Of a stretch of 32,000 bases of DNA, positions 31,822 to 32,000 are shown piece after piece. The stretch lies in NCBI RefSeq assembly GCF_000012925.1, contig NC_007517.1, positions 3,570,001 through 3,602,000 on the forward strand. The letters run 5' to 3'. The stretch is from Geobacter metallireducens GS-15. Lineage in GTDB: Bacteria; Desulfobacterota; Desulfuromonadia; Geobacterales; Geobacteraceae. The notes under the pieces are model-generated. The model searched no databases and was not told the DNA's origin. It worked only from the letters and a program-made list of their open reading frames with translations. The translations under genes were made by a program, and so were the position numbers. The first letter of the stretch is position 1. Each line of letters begins with the position of its first letter.

Positions 31822-32000
31822 ACCGACCCTCGCCCCCCTTGAGCGGGCCCTTGAATGCGCCCGCCTCGCCCTCGACAAGAAGGCCCTCGACGTGAAGATC
31901 CTGAAGATCGGCCGTCTTTCGTCCATCGCCGATTATCTGGTGCTCGCCTCGGGCCGCTCCGACAGACAGGTCCAGGCCATCGCCGATTCGGTGAAGAAGG
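31811..32000 (+). CDS. rsfS: ribosomal silencing factor RsfS (iojap-like), 3' end beyond the window
   Basis: Absent from the ORF track (open at the edge). My translation from the ATG at 31811 (overlapping the nadD stop) is MTDKPTLAPLERALECARLALDKKALDVKILKIGRLSSIADYLVLASGRSDRQVQAIADSVKK. The pattern L-D-V...S-x-x-D-Y-x-V-x-A-S-G-x-S-x-R-Q-V-x-A-I-A-D is characteristic of RsfS. Confidence 0.85.
   Translation, partial: MTDKPTLAPLERALECARLALDKKALDVKILKIGRLSSIADYLVLASGRSDRQVQAIADSVKK

Overview
High-GC (roughly 60%) chromosomal segment. Gene content and order look like Geobacter/Geobacteraceae: an ImcH-like heptaheme inner-membrane cytochrome beside a class V aminotransferase and a glgA/GH57 cluster, then rng-purT-rplU-rpmA-obg-proB-proA-nadD-rsfS. 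That placement rests on my memory of the G. sulfurreducens imcH neighbourhood and cannot be verified here. I can support 29 protein-coding genes (2 cut by the window edges), one intact IS4-family insertion with a 9-bp target-site duplication, several intrinsic terminators, a few promoter candidates (one good sigma54 promoter, one strong sigma70 promoter with an UP element) and three structured or repetitive intergenic elements. I saw no rRNA, tRNA, CRISPR array, prophage or recognisable defence system. Most of the window is core housekeeping, and I do not see a clear-cut novel multi-gene system. The best leads are: (1) an alpha-glucan cluster (nucleotidyltransferase fused to a PGM-like domain whose four catalytic signatures all look degenerate, then GH57, a GalT-like HxHxQ enzyme, GlgA and a 51-aa acidic ORF) with no glgC or GH13 glgB in the window; (2) an apparently recent IS insertion 20 bp upstream of pcnB; (3) a sigma54-driven secreted Lys/Ala/Pro-rich repeat protein convergent with two tandem exosortase-associated-like (TIGR04073-like) paralogs; (4) a fused TIGR03960/TIGR03936-type radical SAM protein translationally overlapping rng; (5) heptamer-phased palindromic or tandem elements inside the proB-proA-nadD operon. 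Many long ORFs in the supplied track are antisense shadows of real genes, as expected in GC-rich DNA, and were rejected.
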